Positions 26,331 through 38,501 of a stretch of DNA of 64,000 nucleotides are shown in pieces (the first letter of the stretch is position 1; each line of letters begins with the position of its first letter). Made by a program: the position numbers and the translations under genes. Source of the DNA: Phoronis australis. Its lineage: Eukaryota; Animalia; Phoronida. The stretch lies in assembly GCA_002633005.1 (NCBI GenBank), contig NMRA01000112.1, forward strand, positions 1-64,000, written 5' to 3'. The notes beneath the pieces were generated by a model. It was not told the DNA's origin and did not search any database. It saw nothing but the letters and a program-made list of their open reading frames with translations.

Positions 26331-27200
26331 AAAACGTTATGTTATCACGCCTTGAATTAATTGTATGTTTATGTTTTCATGGCCAACAACAATTCTCCAT
26401 AATCAAAAGCTGATCAACAACCCGGAGATCAGTCAGACATGGAGAAATTTCACGGCCTCATACTTGATATTAACGGCGTAGGTTTTATTCTTCACTACTT
26501 CCGAAGCATTATGGGCCTTCGAGGAAATCGAAAAAAATGATTTACCCGCTTTCCTCGCAGCTTCATAGTTCGCACAAGCTTTGGTACAACACTAAGGGTA
26601 CTCATACTTCAGGGTATAATTATGGATTGCGGATTACTCATCAGTGCCTGAATAAACCCGACTGGCTGAAAAAGATATTTTTGGATTTAGGGGAGAGGAA
26701 TCGGGACCACAGCGGCAAGGCGGAGGATTAGCCGCTCTCCTTCCCTGAATAGTTATCTTCCTACGGACCAGCTAAAGGGATCAAAGAGGGGGGGGCGGGG
26801 TAAAACTGTTGTCAAGATGTATGATGGGGTCGACCTCAGATCGACTCTGGGAAGTAGCACCGGAGGGAGTAGAATGGATGGAGGGTTGCTCTTACATTTG
26901 TCCACCCCATCCCCCACCTCCCAAAGCAAACCTTTGTACGCCCATGAACAGAAGTGGTTACAGGCTTTCCCAGTTTACTGTACCTTTTAAACCCCAAGAA
27001 AAGGCGAAACCAACTCAAAATCAAACGGAAAGTGTAATAGTATAGATTACAATACGAAGCCTAATTACATATGAAAGAAGCTCTGTGGCTCAGTTCATTC
27101 TCATAACAATTGAACTTGATAACTTGCACAGTAATCGGTCTACTTAAGTGACAGTAGTTAAATCTAGACTCTTTCGCGTCAGCCAAATTAACCATTTTGT

Positions 27201-30200
27201 CTATCTAGTTTCAAGAGCTATGGCGATCATTTTCTGCATCCATTCCGATTTCTCCATACAATCCAACATGAAACGTGCCACGTCAGCTCTAGGCATTGTA
27301 CTTTGACCATTTGGCACACAGAAATCCTCATGCTTGACAATATTATTATCTGAAACATGGAAATATTTTAAAGAGTTTCACCATTGCCAACGTACGTGTC
27401 AACATTTCTGTCATCATGGTCGTCTTCATAGACGTCGTCGTCATCGTATTATCATCGTCATCAATCAACAGTCATTGTTCTAATCACCAATCATCGTCTC
27501 CTAATCGTTGTCCACCATCTTTATTTTGCGACAACTGACGGCACTTTGCAACTGAAAAGCAGAAATTAAAAGTCGAAGACTGCAAAGCAATGAAAACAAT
27601 GAAATATTCATAAGTTTGAAGGAGGAACAAATAGTTGTCATGAAAACCCCAAGAAGACCTGCTGGGCAGGTGACCAACAAACTTTCAGTTGGCAATTATT
27701 GAGACACTCTTCCAAACTAAATGACAATCCAAATGTCACAGACATTTGCAACTCGGGTCTTAATATATGTAAAGAAAGTTGTACAGTTCCAAATGGCTGA
27801 AATGAAACGGGTCACAACATTTTCCTTGCTCAGATGAGAATAAAGTGACAACAAAGCTTGGAAGACAGATTATTGTTAGGCCTACTTGGGACCAAGCTCG
27901 GTGAATACAAAATAACCTGCCGTGTCAAGACAACATTAGATTGGTCTCAAGTAATAACGAGGTGCCATGTAGTTCTTAGGTCTTTGGTGGAAGGTGGGTT
28001 TAAGAAAATTCACGTGCCTGTGATGTTTCCATTAGTTAAGCCAGGTGGGCGCACGACTGTGTAATTCATGTCCGAGCATTGCTCCAGTAAAAATGATTCC
28101 ATCTCTGCCATATCCTCTAAGTTACGCCCGATGAACAAAGGCTTGACGACGTATTCCAGCAGCTTTGGAGTATTGGGGGAGTCTGAAATAAGAAACCGAG
28201 TACTAACATTTGAGGAAAAACTATTTCTATCAAAATGAAAACCAAGTTCACCCCTACTAATTAAATTAAAATTTCTGGACGAACTACAAATTTCATTTAG
28301 TCCACTATTGGAGGAGTTTCTCGGTTGGTAAATTACAATGATTCTCGAGGATATTGTGCACTCTTTTTTTTTCGAAAATGTTTCGTTTTTAAAATTAAAA
28401 ATACCTCTCTCAGGCTGATTACAAAATATTTTGATTCAAGTTCAAATTTTAGAGATAGCTGCGCAAAGAAAAGAAATCTTTATTAGAGCTTAGTTCTAAA
28501 CGAGACATTTGCAATCTTCGAGCTGTCACAAAAGAATGTGGCCCAGCTCATAACTGGCTGAACCACAAAGCTTAGAGTAAATTTCCCCAGCCTTTATAAT
28601 CCCGAGCGTTCACCTGGTCGAGTACTGCATACTTACAAACCGTTCCCCACGACGAGATGACAACCACTCGCTTGATGTCATTCCTGCGCATCGCTGACAC
28701 GATGGGTTTTATGGTGTCCGAGTGTAACGTGACTTTACCAAATATGGGCATTGCCATTTTGGCGCCAAGGGCTACCAAGACGACCTCTTGATCCACAAAC
28801 GCTGTTTGAAGATCAGATTCGCACCTGACGTCTGCCTTGACCACCTTTATAGGGAAGACAAATTGTGCAATACAATGTAAGAGCACACGCACTGGCCAGA
28901 TCTATAGGCACCGGCTAGCTATCGTATCGTAGGGCGACTAAAACCCATTATTGAGAAACAATACCAATGTACAGACAGGTATGAACTTTGATGAACTATG
29001 AAAGGCCTTCGCTGCGGCCACGAACAGTTGCTTAATGTAGTCTCGTGAATGTTTCAACCAATAGTCACCCATTCTCAGTGCTGTCGTAGTGGGGGCGTAG
29101 GCGCACGTAGGCGCAGCCAATCACCTTTTGGGATTTGAACGTAGCGCCTACTCTCGGCAAGTTACATTGATTACTCAAGGTCACACGGTGGGCTTTTGGC
29201 GCCTACTTACCTCTAATTTTACCACTACAGCACTGCCCATACCCCACCTTCTATATCCCTGGGTCGCCATCCTCAGTGCCCAATCACATTCCTTCAAAGC
29301 GCCCTCGTGTGACGTTCTGGCTGAACCAAGACAACACGGATAAGTCAGTAATCGTCAATAAATACTAATGTCGTGGCGGCTTGTCGTAAGTAACATTTTA
29401 GGAAACCAGGCACTGCAGCCATGAACGCAAATAAGTTCGGTTTTAGCCAATTAACAAAATGCATATCATGCGCACTTTAAATTGAATAGCGTTCTGTAAG
29501 TCCGGCAATCCTCAAAATTATGAAAACTGCTCACAAGGTGTGTTAACAAGGCAAGTGTGTTGCACGTCGACTGTGAGGAAAGCCCAATTGCCATGCCAAC
29601 CAATGAAGCATCGGAAGGTGACATCTCCAGTGCCACCTTTTGGTGTACACGTCATAGTAGCTTTCGGTACCCATTGAGCAGCAGCTGTAATTTCGCATTC
29701 CTTAGAAAACTAACATTTGATTTAACACACTCTCCACCATAAACAAAATATGAACTTGTTATTTCTTAAGATTACAGACATTTGTCTCTAATCCTGAGAA
29801 CTGACAGTTCATTACTGCTCGAGTTCAGGCCCGATAAGTTGGTTTTCCATGGCGTGTCAGTGTGCCGAGTATATTGTCAAGTACTACCGAACTGTCAGTT
29901 CTTGTTCTATCGCCCAGAAATCGTGTCTCATCTGAGTACAAAGCAAGTTGATACAAATTTTGCGGTGGTAAGCGATCTTAATCAAAAGTAAGCTTTTATG
30001 CGGCCAAAGGGGCCAGACTCAGTTAATTCATCTTGAAACCATAGTTACCAGAGGCCGTTTGAGTTTAAGGTAACAATGACTTTATTTACATATATTGATC
30101 TCTCAGCCAACATTTGAAGAGTGACCGTGGTTCTTAGTTTGGGGACTACAATATCACTTGGTAGACGTATAAACGTTTAATTCAAGGGACACGAACAGCT

Positions 30201-30906
30201 GTAGGCTTGTGTAAACCTTACGCGAGAATATGAACTTACGTATTTTCGCGACACAGTAACAAAAGAAGTGCAAAGTTAGTGGGTTGTGCAGATTCAGCGT
30301 CACATTCAATTGATATTTATATCAACGATAATACTAACAGATTAAATAAACACGGCGTGAAACTGGAAGCTTTATGTATTCACACAATCCCCATTGCCCA
30401 AAGGATTTTTTCAAACACGACTTTACATTGTGGAACGACAACGTAGACTGCATATTAAGATTTTTGTCCTGGCGGAGAAATAATTTTGACTGCATACTAA
30501 AACATGCATTGATCCGATTTGATGGAATTATTTTACATAGAATTAGTTTACAAAATTGTAGAAGTTGGCCTAGTACATACAACGTGTATTGTTACATAAT
30601 TTCTAATACTCTTTTCAAATGGCAACAAATTCTAGAGACAGTGTATATGTTTTTTGTAACTTGAATTTGACAAAAAACAATATACTGGGTTTAAAAAGGT
30701 GACATAGATGTCCTTAGTTTTGCCATGTTTTCTACATATTTACATATTTAGGATTCAGCGTGGCTTACCCGCAATCGTTCATCTTTGAGATGCTCAATTT
30801 TCTTAGGGTTTCGCACCACGGCTGTGACTTCATGTTTCCTTGCAAGGGCTTGGGAAACAAGCAATATACCTGTACGCCCCGTAGCCCCTAAAATCACCAC
30901 CTTCAT
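27201..30906 (-). CDS. BLVRB-like: Flavin reductase (NADPH)/BLVRB-like atypical SDR, copy A; exons 30769-30906, 28637-28844, 28018-28182, 27201-27349; 219 aa
   Basis: Spliced frame reads MKVVILGATGRTG (Rossmann GxxGxxG)...VTAVVRNP...VVKADV...LVALGA...AMRRNDIKRVVVISSW...YTVVRPPGL...PRADVARFMLDC...KMIAIALETR*. Exons 138+208+165+149 = 660 nt with consistent phases 0/1/1. AG acceptors; GT donors except a GC donor at intron 3. Family assigned from motif recognition; orthology to vertebrate BLVRB is not established. Confidence 0.9.
29076..29235. mobile_element. hAT-type MITE in intron 1 of copy A
   Basis: CAGTGCTGT(CGT)AGTGG / CCACTACAGCACTG termini; degenerate 8-bp TSD CCCATTCT / CCCATACC. Confidence 0.55.
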
Positions 30907-31336
30907 CCCGCCCTCCACTTCCGCTATCACTGAGATGCCCAACGTAAATTAGTGCTCTTGGGTCAACACGGGAGCGCCATCTGGCTGTACTTTTCTTCAT
31001 ACAGTCCAAACGCACATTATCTAATGCCATACTTCTGGGATTCTTCTAAACTTTCAACGGCTCTCCCGCTCACCCCGTTCCCCCATAGCAGTGTTAACTG
31101 CGTTCGTTTGCTCAACTAAGTCGACACCAGAAAGCCATAATACACCCACAAGGGACGATACTGAGGGCAAAATTCTGACACCACTAAGTCAGCGGCACGT
31201 CACTGAAACTTAGTAGTCCACGGGGAGTGGGCGGAAAGCCCCAAACGGTGGGTCAGACCTACTCTAGGGGCATGCAGACACAACGTGGGCACAGCTGGAA
31301 GAACGTGTTCCATGAACATAAGACACTCGCGATACG

Positions 31337-33690
31337 CAGTGGCCGATCTACGGGGGGTTCAGGGGGTTTAAACTCCCCCCCCCCTCGGGCCAGGACCCAA
31401 AAATTAAAAAACAAAAACAAAAGCGTCTCCAGCAAAACAAAAACGGCACCGCCAGCGTGTGTAAACCCCAAGTAAACCAACTTGGAAAAAATTGAGGGGG
31501 GGTTCACTCTGAAAATGTAGTTTTTTGCGTTGTGAATTGCTGAGTCTTTGTGGCTCATCGGCAAAACGCGCGGGGATTTATTGTGCGCGCGCTTCCGTCG
31601 ACACTTCTGAAGTAGCCAAGCATTTTAGATGGATTCACCGCTGAAAGAGCAGTTCTATAGCTGATTTCTTTAGGTACTAGCTTCTTTACTCTAGGATATA
31701 TTTTGATTTGATTAGGGAAAATACTGCGGTGCCGCAACCCTGATATTCAGACGAATTGATGTGCAACGTTTTTACCTCATCTGTCATGCCGTGTCATTCT
31801 ATTACACTCCACACGTTTGTAACTGATGTATAGTAAAGTTGTCTTGCGCAATATCATACAGTGTACATGTACATGTAATATTGTGTACATGTACATGTAA
31901 TATTTTTGAAAAAAATTCTTTTTCCGAAGAATTGCTATTGTGGTGGGCGTCGTGGTCTGGTCGCGAGTCTGTTTAAAAACACACTCTATAACAAGTTATG
32001 TCTATACAAGGAATGACCAAGGGGGCACTCACATTGAGAAAGTGACCGCATTCGCGAAAAGTGTACAGTACCAGAAATTGCAGGGAGGCTGTTCTTTCAC
32101 AACAAAGTATTGCGGGACTCGTGCGATGTTCAATAGGCCTCCTAAGAAGTCCTAGTTCCGACCTCAACACCTACCGTCTGTCTACCTGCAATAAGCACAC
32201 TGCCGTCTTCTATACTGGGAATTTCCGCAGAAAGGCTCACCCGATGAAACGCTCATGCCCATGGGCATTTATTTGATATTAGTACTTCGGGTTTCAAGCG
32301 TTCAGACATTGGGACGTTTATTTCGAAAATTACAAGAGATGCAAATAGGTCCTGGGATGCTTCGTCAAGGTTTGAAGTAGTCCATGATGAACGGATCAAA
32401 TTTAGTTGCGCATGTAAGTCTTTTGAATGGACTTGGCAACCTCAAGGGTCTTAGTGTCAACTGAGCTGCGAAACGAGATGCTGACATTGTAGAGGCTTAC
32501 AAGCTCATTGACACAGCAGTTGACGAATTGCAAGCGTTGGGAACAAACATCGAAGACATCTGGGTAGAATGGTTCCAAGACGAGCAAATCATTGGATCCG
32601 ATATACAAATTCCTTAGTAGTCTAGACAACAGAAGGATAGGACTAACGTATGAGTAACCACTGGGGATTAAAATGTTAGAGAGAAGTTTTGAATTCAAAA
32701 TTTTTTGCATAGTACACTTTAGGTCTCGCGACGGACCAGGCCAGCTTGATTTGTGTAGATGTTGAGTTTCAGTGTACTTCTGGTCCCTCGGCGACTAGTC
32801 TTGTGATTTTTTTTACCAAAGTATGCTTTGTAAAACAATATATCTCAATCAGTACTGTTTGCTCCCGCGACAGATCGACTATTTTTATAGGGATAATAAC
32901 CACAGGTGTACTCTTGATCTCGTGACGGACCAGGTCAGCTTTTTGTGTACTCTCAGTGTACATCTGGTCCCTCTGCAAACTAGTCCAGTTTAGCTTTTCA
33001 CCATTGTGCACAGGATGTTTTGGTTTCGTGAAACTGTTTTCAGACAATTTGTTTCCTGATAGATTTGACGTTTTTCAATTGTTGTCAACGTGATTCAGCT
33101 CAATAAAGTGATACCTAATTATTCATTGTCGCTTTTAATAATAGACTATGAGTTGAGAGCACCATCGTTCGCCAGTTTTTCTCGCAACGAGACAGAACAC
33201 ATGTTTATTTCCGGACTAACAGTACAGGTCTGCGTTCTTAAACAACTTGAGGCTGCTGTTACACGATCATCTGACATTCAAGTTTTTACGCCCCGTCGGT
33301 GCTCCTCAATTATGCTCTTGAATATTTGGAAATTGTCTAAACCCCTGTATACACACCACACTTTTTCGTATACGACTTTTCATATGCTAAAAAAGGTGTG
33401 TGTAAGCAGACGTTCCAACAAAAATTTTTGCTGGTGGCGTGACTCATGCCCAGATGTGCACAATATGGTTTCACGAAACTTGTGTGCCAAGTTCATGTGA
33501 CGAAATCGAGAAGGGTTTTTAATTATCTTAAGAAAAACTCCAGAGACATGTTAAGTGCCAGAAACTTACTAGGATGCATGGAAATTTCAGTATTTGGCTA
33601 CAAAAACTAAAAAATTTCTTACACGGGAGGGGACCCCCCCCCCCTCCTGACCTCCTCCCGCTCTGCGCCACGCACCTAGATCCGCCACTG
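31337..33690. mobile_element. Non-autonomous hAT-like DNA transposon with 5-bp TSD, ~430 bp upstream of the copy A start codon
   Basis: TIR CAGTGGCCGATCTA / TAGATCCGCCACTG, G/C-run subtermini, TSD ATACG at 31332-31336 and 33691-33695. Confidence 0.8.
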
Positions 33691-33789
33691 ATACGTGACC
33701 AGAAATCGTGGCTTGTAGCACCGAAACAGCTACTATATTGTTCAATATTGCAACCTCGCCGTCTAAACATTTCAGTAGCCGTCATTGTT

Positions 33790-34760
33790 TATTATATATT
33801 TATTATCAACAAGTAATATTACAAAGTAAATCATAATTAACACATACACGCACAAACTCACTCAATGGTCACTTAATTTTCAATAATGCGAGCAAATTTT
33901 AATCATCTATTTCTAAATCTACCAAGCTGTCTATTTTTTCGGAAAATATATTTCTCTGTGAGATAATATTGTTTTAAAATATTCACGAAAGCATAAATAG
34001 ATGGTAAAGCGCCACCCAATCTTTGATAGTGATATTTCGCTAGAATCAAAATTAAGTTTCTAGATGAATATGTGTTGTTAATTCCGAAAAGAACATTATC
34101 TTTCATTATTGTTTCATCGCTATCACTGAAGTAAAATTTAAAAATATCTTCATTTAGTAACAACGTACAAATAAGTACGTCAAAATTTTGGTGCTTGATT
34201 ACCAAATGTACAAGCAGAAAACTCCGAGACGCCCATTTTGTAAATATATGAATTTGTACATTATATTCTCTGAACTGGTCGATACTGGAATCATCTCAAT
34301 TTAGCATCCACGGAAAATTAAAAACATTTAAGTACACTGTTTTCAAATTCATTACTCACATCAGAGATCCATTTATTCTCTGAGATCGATTTTATCATCA
34401 TACCATGAATAAATATATCATACATTGATCTACACCCTTTCTTACTTTTTTGTTATCTGACTTAGCACTTCCGGGTAATGTGGTAGACGTAGCACAACTC
34501 TGATATTTGAATTTCTATCACCGACCTAGGCAGACAGCATTGCTTTCCTTAGCCCAGAAAGAGTTGTTATAGATTGAAATGAAAACTCTTTACAAAAAGC
34601 GTCATCATCAAAAAATATTCCATCATTATCCATTATATCATATACAAATCTTACTCCTCTATTGCTCCACGTCTTAAAAATCACTGACTTTTTGTTAATT
34701 CTAATTGAGGGGTTGTACCAGAGCGGTTGATAAATGAGATTTTCTTACTTAGAAAAGTAT
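33790..34760 (-). pseudogene. Decayed L1/Tx1-clade LINE ORF2 C-terminal fragment
   Basis: Minus-strand remnants WYNP..., QYR...RI.CTN..IYKMG...C, and VLFG...NLILILAKYHY...F...LKQYY.TEKYI, typical of the Tx1 C-terminus. Confidence 0.6.
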
Positions 34761-34964
34761 CAGTCATTTTTTATATAGTACGCAAGTAAAGTCCCGAGCC
34801 GTAGCTCATTGTCGTGAAAGACTAGCTGGCATTTTAATCACGTAATTTTGCGTGACACTGCATGATCTCGCAAGGTAATTGCTCTTTGGAACGAGGGATT
34901 TTCCTTACAGGAATTCTTCCCAAATTCATCCAGAAGATGTATTTGAAAAAGTTCCTAAACATCG

Positions 34965-36071
34965 TACAAGTTTGCTCTACTAATTAGACAGATTTATAGC
35001 AACTCTGTACACATCACTTTCGCCTATGCATGTGTCCATGATACGGCCGAGGGGTTCGCTTTAATCACGGCGGAAACGGGCGGGTAGAACACAGTAGTGG
35101 AAAGCAGTACGAGTTGTACTAAATCGAAAGAAGTGACGTTGAAAGTTGACGGACAGGAAACAAAAACACCAATCTATCCGTCAGTTGTTTGAGAGACCAT
35201 GACCCTAAGGCAAATCTCTGTTGTATTAGTGGGGTCGGTTGGCCAAGAGGACACACAAGTTCGGGCCTATTAACACGGTGCAAGAGAACAATCTGGAGGA
35301 TACTCACATTGCGTCCGCACAGGACGGCAGCGAACTCCAGAAGGCCCAGACGATCTTGTCACGTGGTCTTCATGGGTGACTCGTCACGTGGTAGGAGTGT
35401 GACATCGGCTGGGCTCTTCTGGCGTTAGATGTCGCACCAGGCCAAGACCAACATTGTCACGAAAAGGACATCACAACATAGAGACGCCACAGCCGAGACT
35501 GACGTCGACATTTACTACATCTCTGTCCTCGAATCAAGACTGACACACGACCGGTATCTGACTTCGTCGTAGCCCCCATGCAGTTTAGTTTTGAAAGCAC
35601 TCCATTCATTCCCAAGAAGATCTTTGTGATCTCTTCACTGCAGGATCACACGTGTCACGCTTACCATTGATAGCACTCTTTCGGTATTCAGTATTTCCAA
35701 AAGACGGGTTTATTGATGTGGATGGTGTAACGACGTGGGTATCCTGCAACTGCACTTCAATGCCTTGGTTGAATTTGTAAATTTCTTTTTCAGCAGTTGT
35801 AACTTCATAGCAATTTCAGTTATACTTTAAATAATTACTAATACAACGGTTTGTAAGTGCTCAGAGCTTATTGGAAAATGCGATAACCCCTTCCGAGGAG
35901 TAATGGAATGACCGAATGATTTTTTTCATTTTGACTGGGACGGCCTGCTGTGTCAGATTGTGGCCAATTCCGTGAGGACACGTATTATGAGATGATGTCT
36001 TACCTAGTGATACACGCAGGGCGATAGAGGTGCGTATCTTCAGTCATTGATCACATTTTGGTGTGGCTGAT
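34965..36071 (-). repeat. Right arm of the long inverted repeat (partner 24506-25195), with extra insertions
   Basis: Reverse complement of 24506-25195, including the last ~100 bp of the 1.9-kb array unit. Confidence 0.85.
35222..35519. mobile_element. 298-bp TGTA...TACA insertion (solo-LTR-like) with 7-bp TSD
   Basis: TSD TCTCTGT at 35215-35221 and 35520-35526. The empty site is visible in the inverted paralog at ~24968-24978. Confidence 0.7.
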
Positions 36072-37772
36072 ACTATGAATTGCGCGTTTGCGCATGTGTA
36101 CTGGACTTATGCCTCATTTTCTCGGAATTTTTGTCACTCTGAGGCGGACCTTTTGCCCACTTCGCCCCGCCCCCCCCCGGGTGCGCGCATGCATTCCTTC
36201 GCTTAGTACACACTTCGAAAGCTCAATTTGCGTAACACATAACAGTTAAATATCAGTCCACGGATCCACCGATCATTGTACAACCAACAAGTGGCAAGGT
36301 GGGGGGTCAGCCATTCAGATCCATGCTTAGCTTAATAAATCACATTAGATATGAGAGAAATTAGGTGAAGTATGACACCATAAAGCTTGGTGGTTTTAGA
36401 GATACAAGGGAAGTCTTCAAGATGGCAAAATGAGACAATTTCTTTGTGTGGAATCATTCATTTTTTTACCAATATTTCTACTCCAGTTTCTGCTTCAAAC
36501 AGAATGATAGGTTCATGACCAAGGTAAGTAAAAACGGCACCGACACCGAAATATCGGTTACCATGGTAACACTGGAACTGTTTCCGTGGAGGTACCTTTC
36601 ATTCTTGTGAAAAACCAGCAGTAATTTGTACCCTTACAGCGAAGCTGCCCCTACGAGAAAACTAAAAATAACAACATAGACATGTAGAAGACTCCATGCC
36701 CTTGAAATCTATACAGGCAGGCTTGGTAATAGGTTTCTGAATTTCACTATTTTGAGATCGCGTATGTGTATTTGTCGTGTTAAACAATGCACTTGTTGTG
36801 CGCCGTTTCTAAGCATTAAAATGCCGTGGTATAATATACAACAATTAAAATAATTGGTTTGCTTAAATGTTTTTAATTAATTCTAAGGACACTAGCAGTT
36901 CCCACTAAAATATGAAATTATGTTAGATTTGTTCATCCAACTCACTGAATACCAAATGAAAGCATACAATGGGTTATTTGAATGACGGGCTTATCTAAAG
37001 TGCGGTTTGCGAATTTATCTATTTATATGGCACTGTCAGTCGCATCGAATGTGGTATTTTTTAAAAATTGCGGAGAGAAACAACTTTGGAAACTCTTGGG
37101 AAATGCACAAGGAATAGAGCGAGACATTTGAGAACCTTAAAAGTGAGGGGAGCTGATGTGGAGGTCGGTGGAACGTGTCCGCCTGAGAAGTAGTTCAACA
37201 TCCTGCTTCGTGTGAGCTCAGATAGAAATCACCAAACTCCAGGGTCTGACCCTGAGGAATATTTTTAGGAGCAAGTCATTCATGCAAAAATACTTTTGTT
37301 GACACACCGTTATTGCTTATAACTTGGACTTTATTGCTTAATCATATCTTATTCAAATGTAATGATGTTTTGGCAACTACATGAATACATTGGCATAGAA
37401 AATAGGTCGTCATCATAACTTCTCATAATAATCACCAAATGTGTTACATGACTTCTGCCCATAACCTACTTTTGGAGACTAGGAGTATGTTATATCTGCC
37501 AATGAATTTCTGCGATTGAATATGAAGTTAATTAAACATGCTAAAGCCGTCAAAAATATTGTGTATTTCTCAAGAAAATACATTGATCAATTGTTATATG
37601 TTTCAATGTTTTGAAGAGAAATATTATACGCAACTCATTCATTTCACAATGAACGCTGACACATAGGTAGTGCAAATAATTTAAATCTGTCTCAGTATTT
37701 TCTACATGTAATATTTTCTCAGCAGAAATGGCCACTTTAAATTTAATATGTTTAATTTTTTCATTAATACAA

Positions 37773-38501
37773 TGTCACGTTTTTCCCCGTGGGTGGGTGG
37801 GCGCAGGTTGTTACAGACCGGTGCTAATAGCTTTCGGTGCGAAGATTGACTGAAGACTGGTTCGAGTTAATCCCTTTATTAATCCCGACCGTACGTTCAC
37901 AAGCCTACTCAAACAAAACGTCCTACGTAATGTCTGTTTATGCTCCAGCCAGTGCTGCGAAGCCTTGACTTGTGATGAACTTTGAGATACTTCCAGCAAC
38001 TGTTACACTCGTTGGTTCAATAACCTGTTGTCTCTATAGCTGGCTCTCTATTGACTATCGCTGTAACTGGTGATTCTCTTCACTGCAACTCAACTGTAGT
38101 TCTCCTGATGAACTTACTTGAACTGACTTGATCTTCTCTTGAACTGACGTGATCTTTTCGCACTCAACTGACTAACACAAACCCGTGCTTGTGTATTTAT
38201 AGCCTACTGCATAGTTCTAGAACTTTTCATCAATTCAAGCACATACCAGAACTTTCTGGAACCTACCCAATCATTCTACAAACGTGTACTAGTCTCTAGA
38301 ATATTCCAGACTGCATTAATCACTGTCATGCTAGAGTCTTCTAGAAAGTTCCACACTATACTGCAGTAAACAAATTACATCATCACTGTTGTGACCTCAG
38401 TCATCTAGAAAGTTCCACACTATTTTGTAGTAAACAAATTACATCATCACTGTACTTAACTCAGGGGTCATGCCAATCGAACAGTATAACAAAACAGAAC
38501 A
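37773..38501 (-). mobile_element. Solo-LTR-like element nested in the 36254-41158 transposon
   Basis: TGT...ACA ends with candidate 6-bp TSD ATACAA (37767-37772, 38502-38507). Minus-strand TATAAATA (38194-38201) and AATAAA (~37875-37880). Upstream nGAAn arrays. An alternative inner boundary is 37809-38491. Confidence 0.6.
38215..38416. promoter_or_regulatory. Cluster of heat-shock elements (alternating nGAAn/nTTCn)
   Basis: Perfect triplets GAA-CT-TTC-TG-GAA (38249-38261) and TTC-TA-GAA-AG-TTC (38339-38351); near-perfect ones at 38215, 38294 and 38403; directly upstream of a TATA box. Confidence 0.6.
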
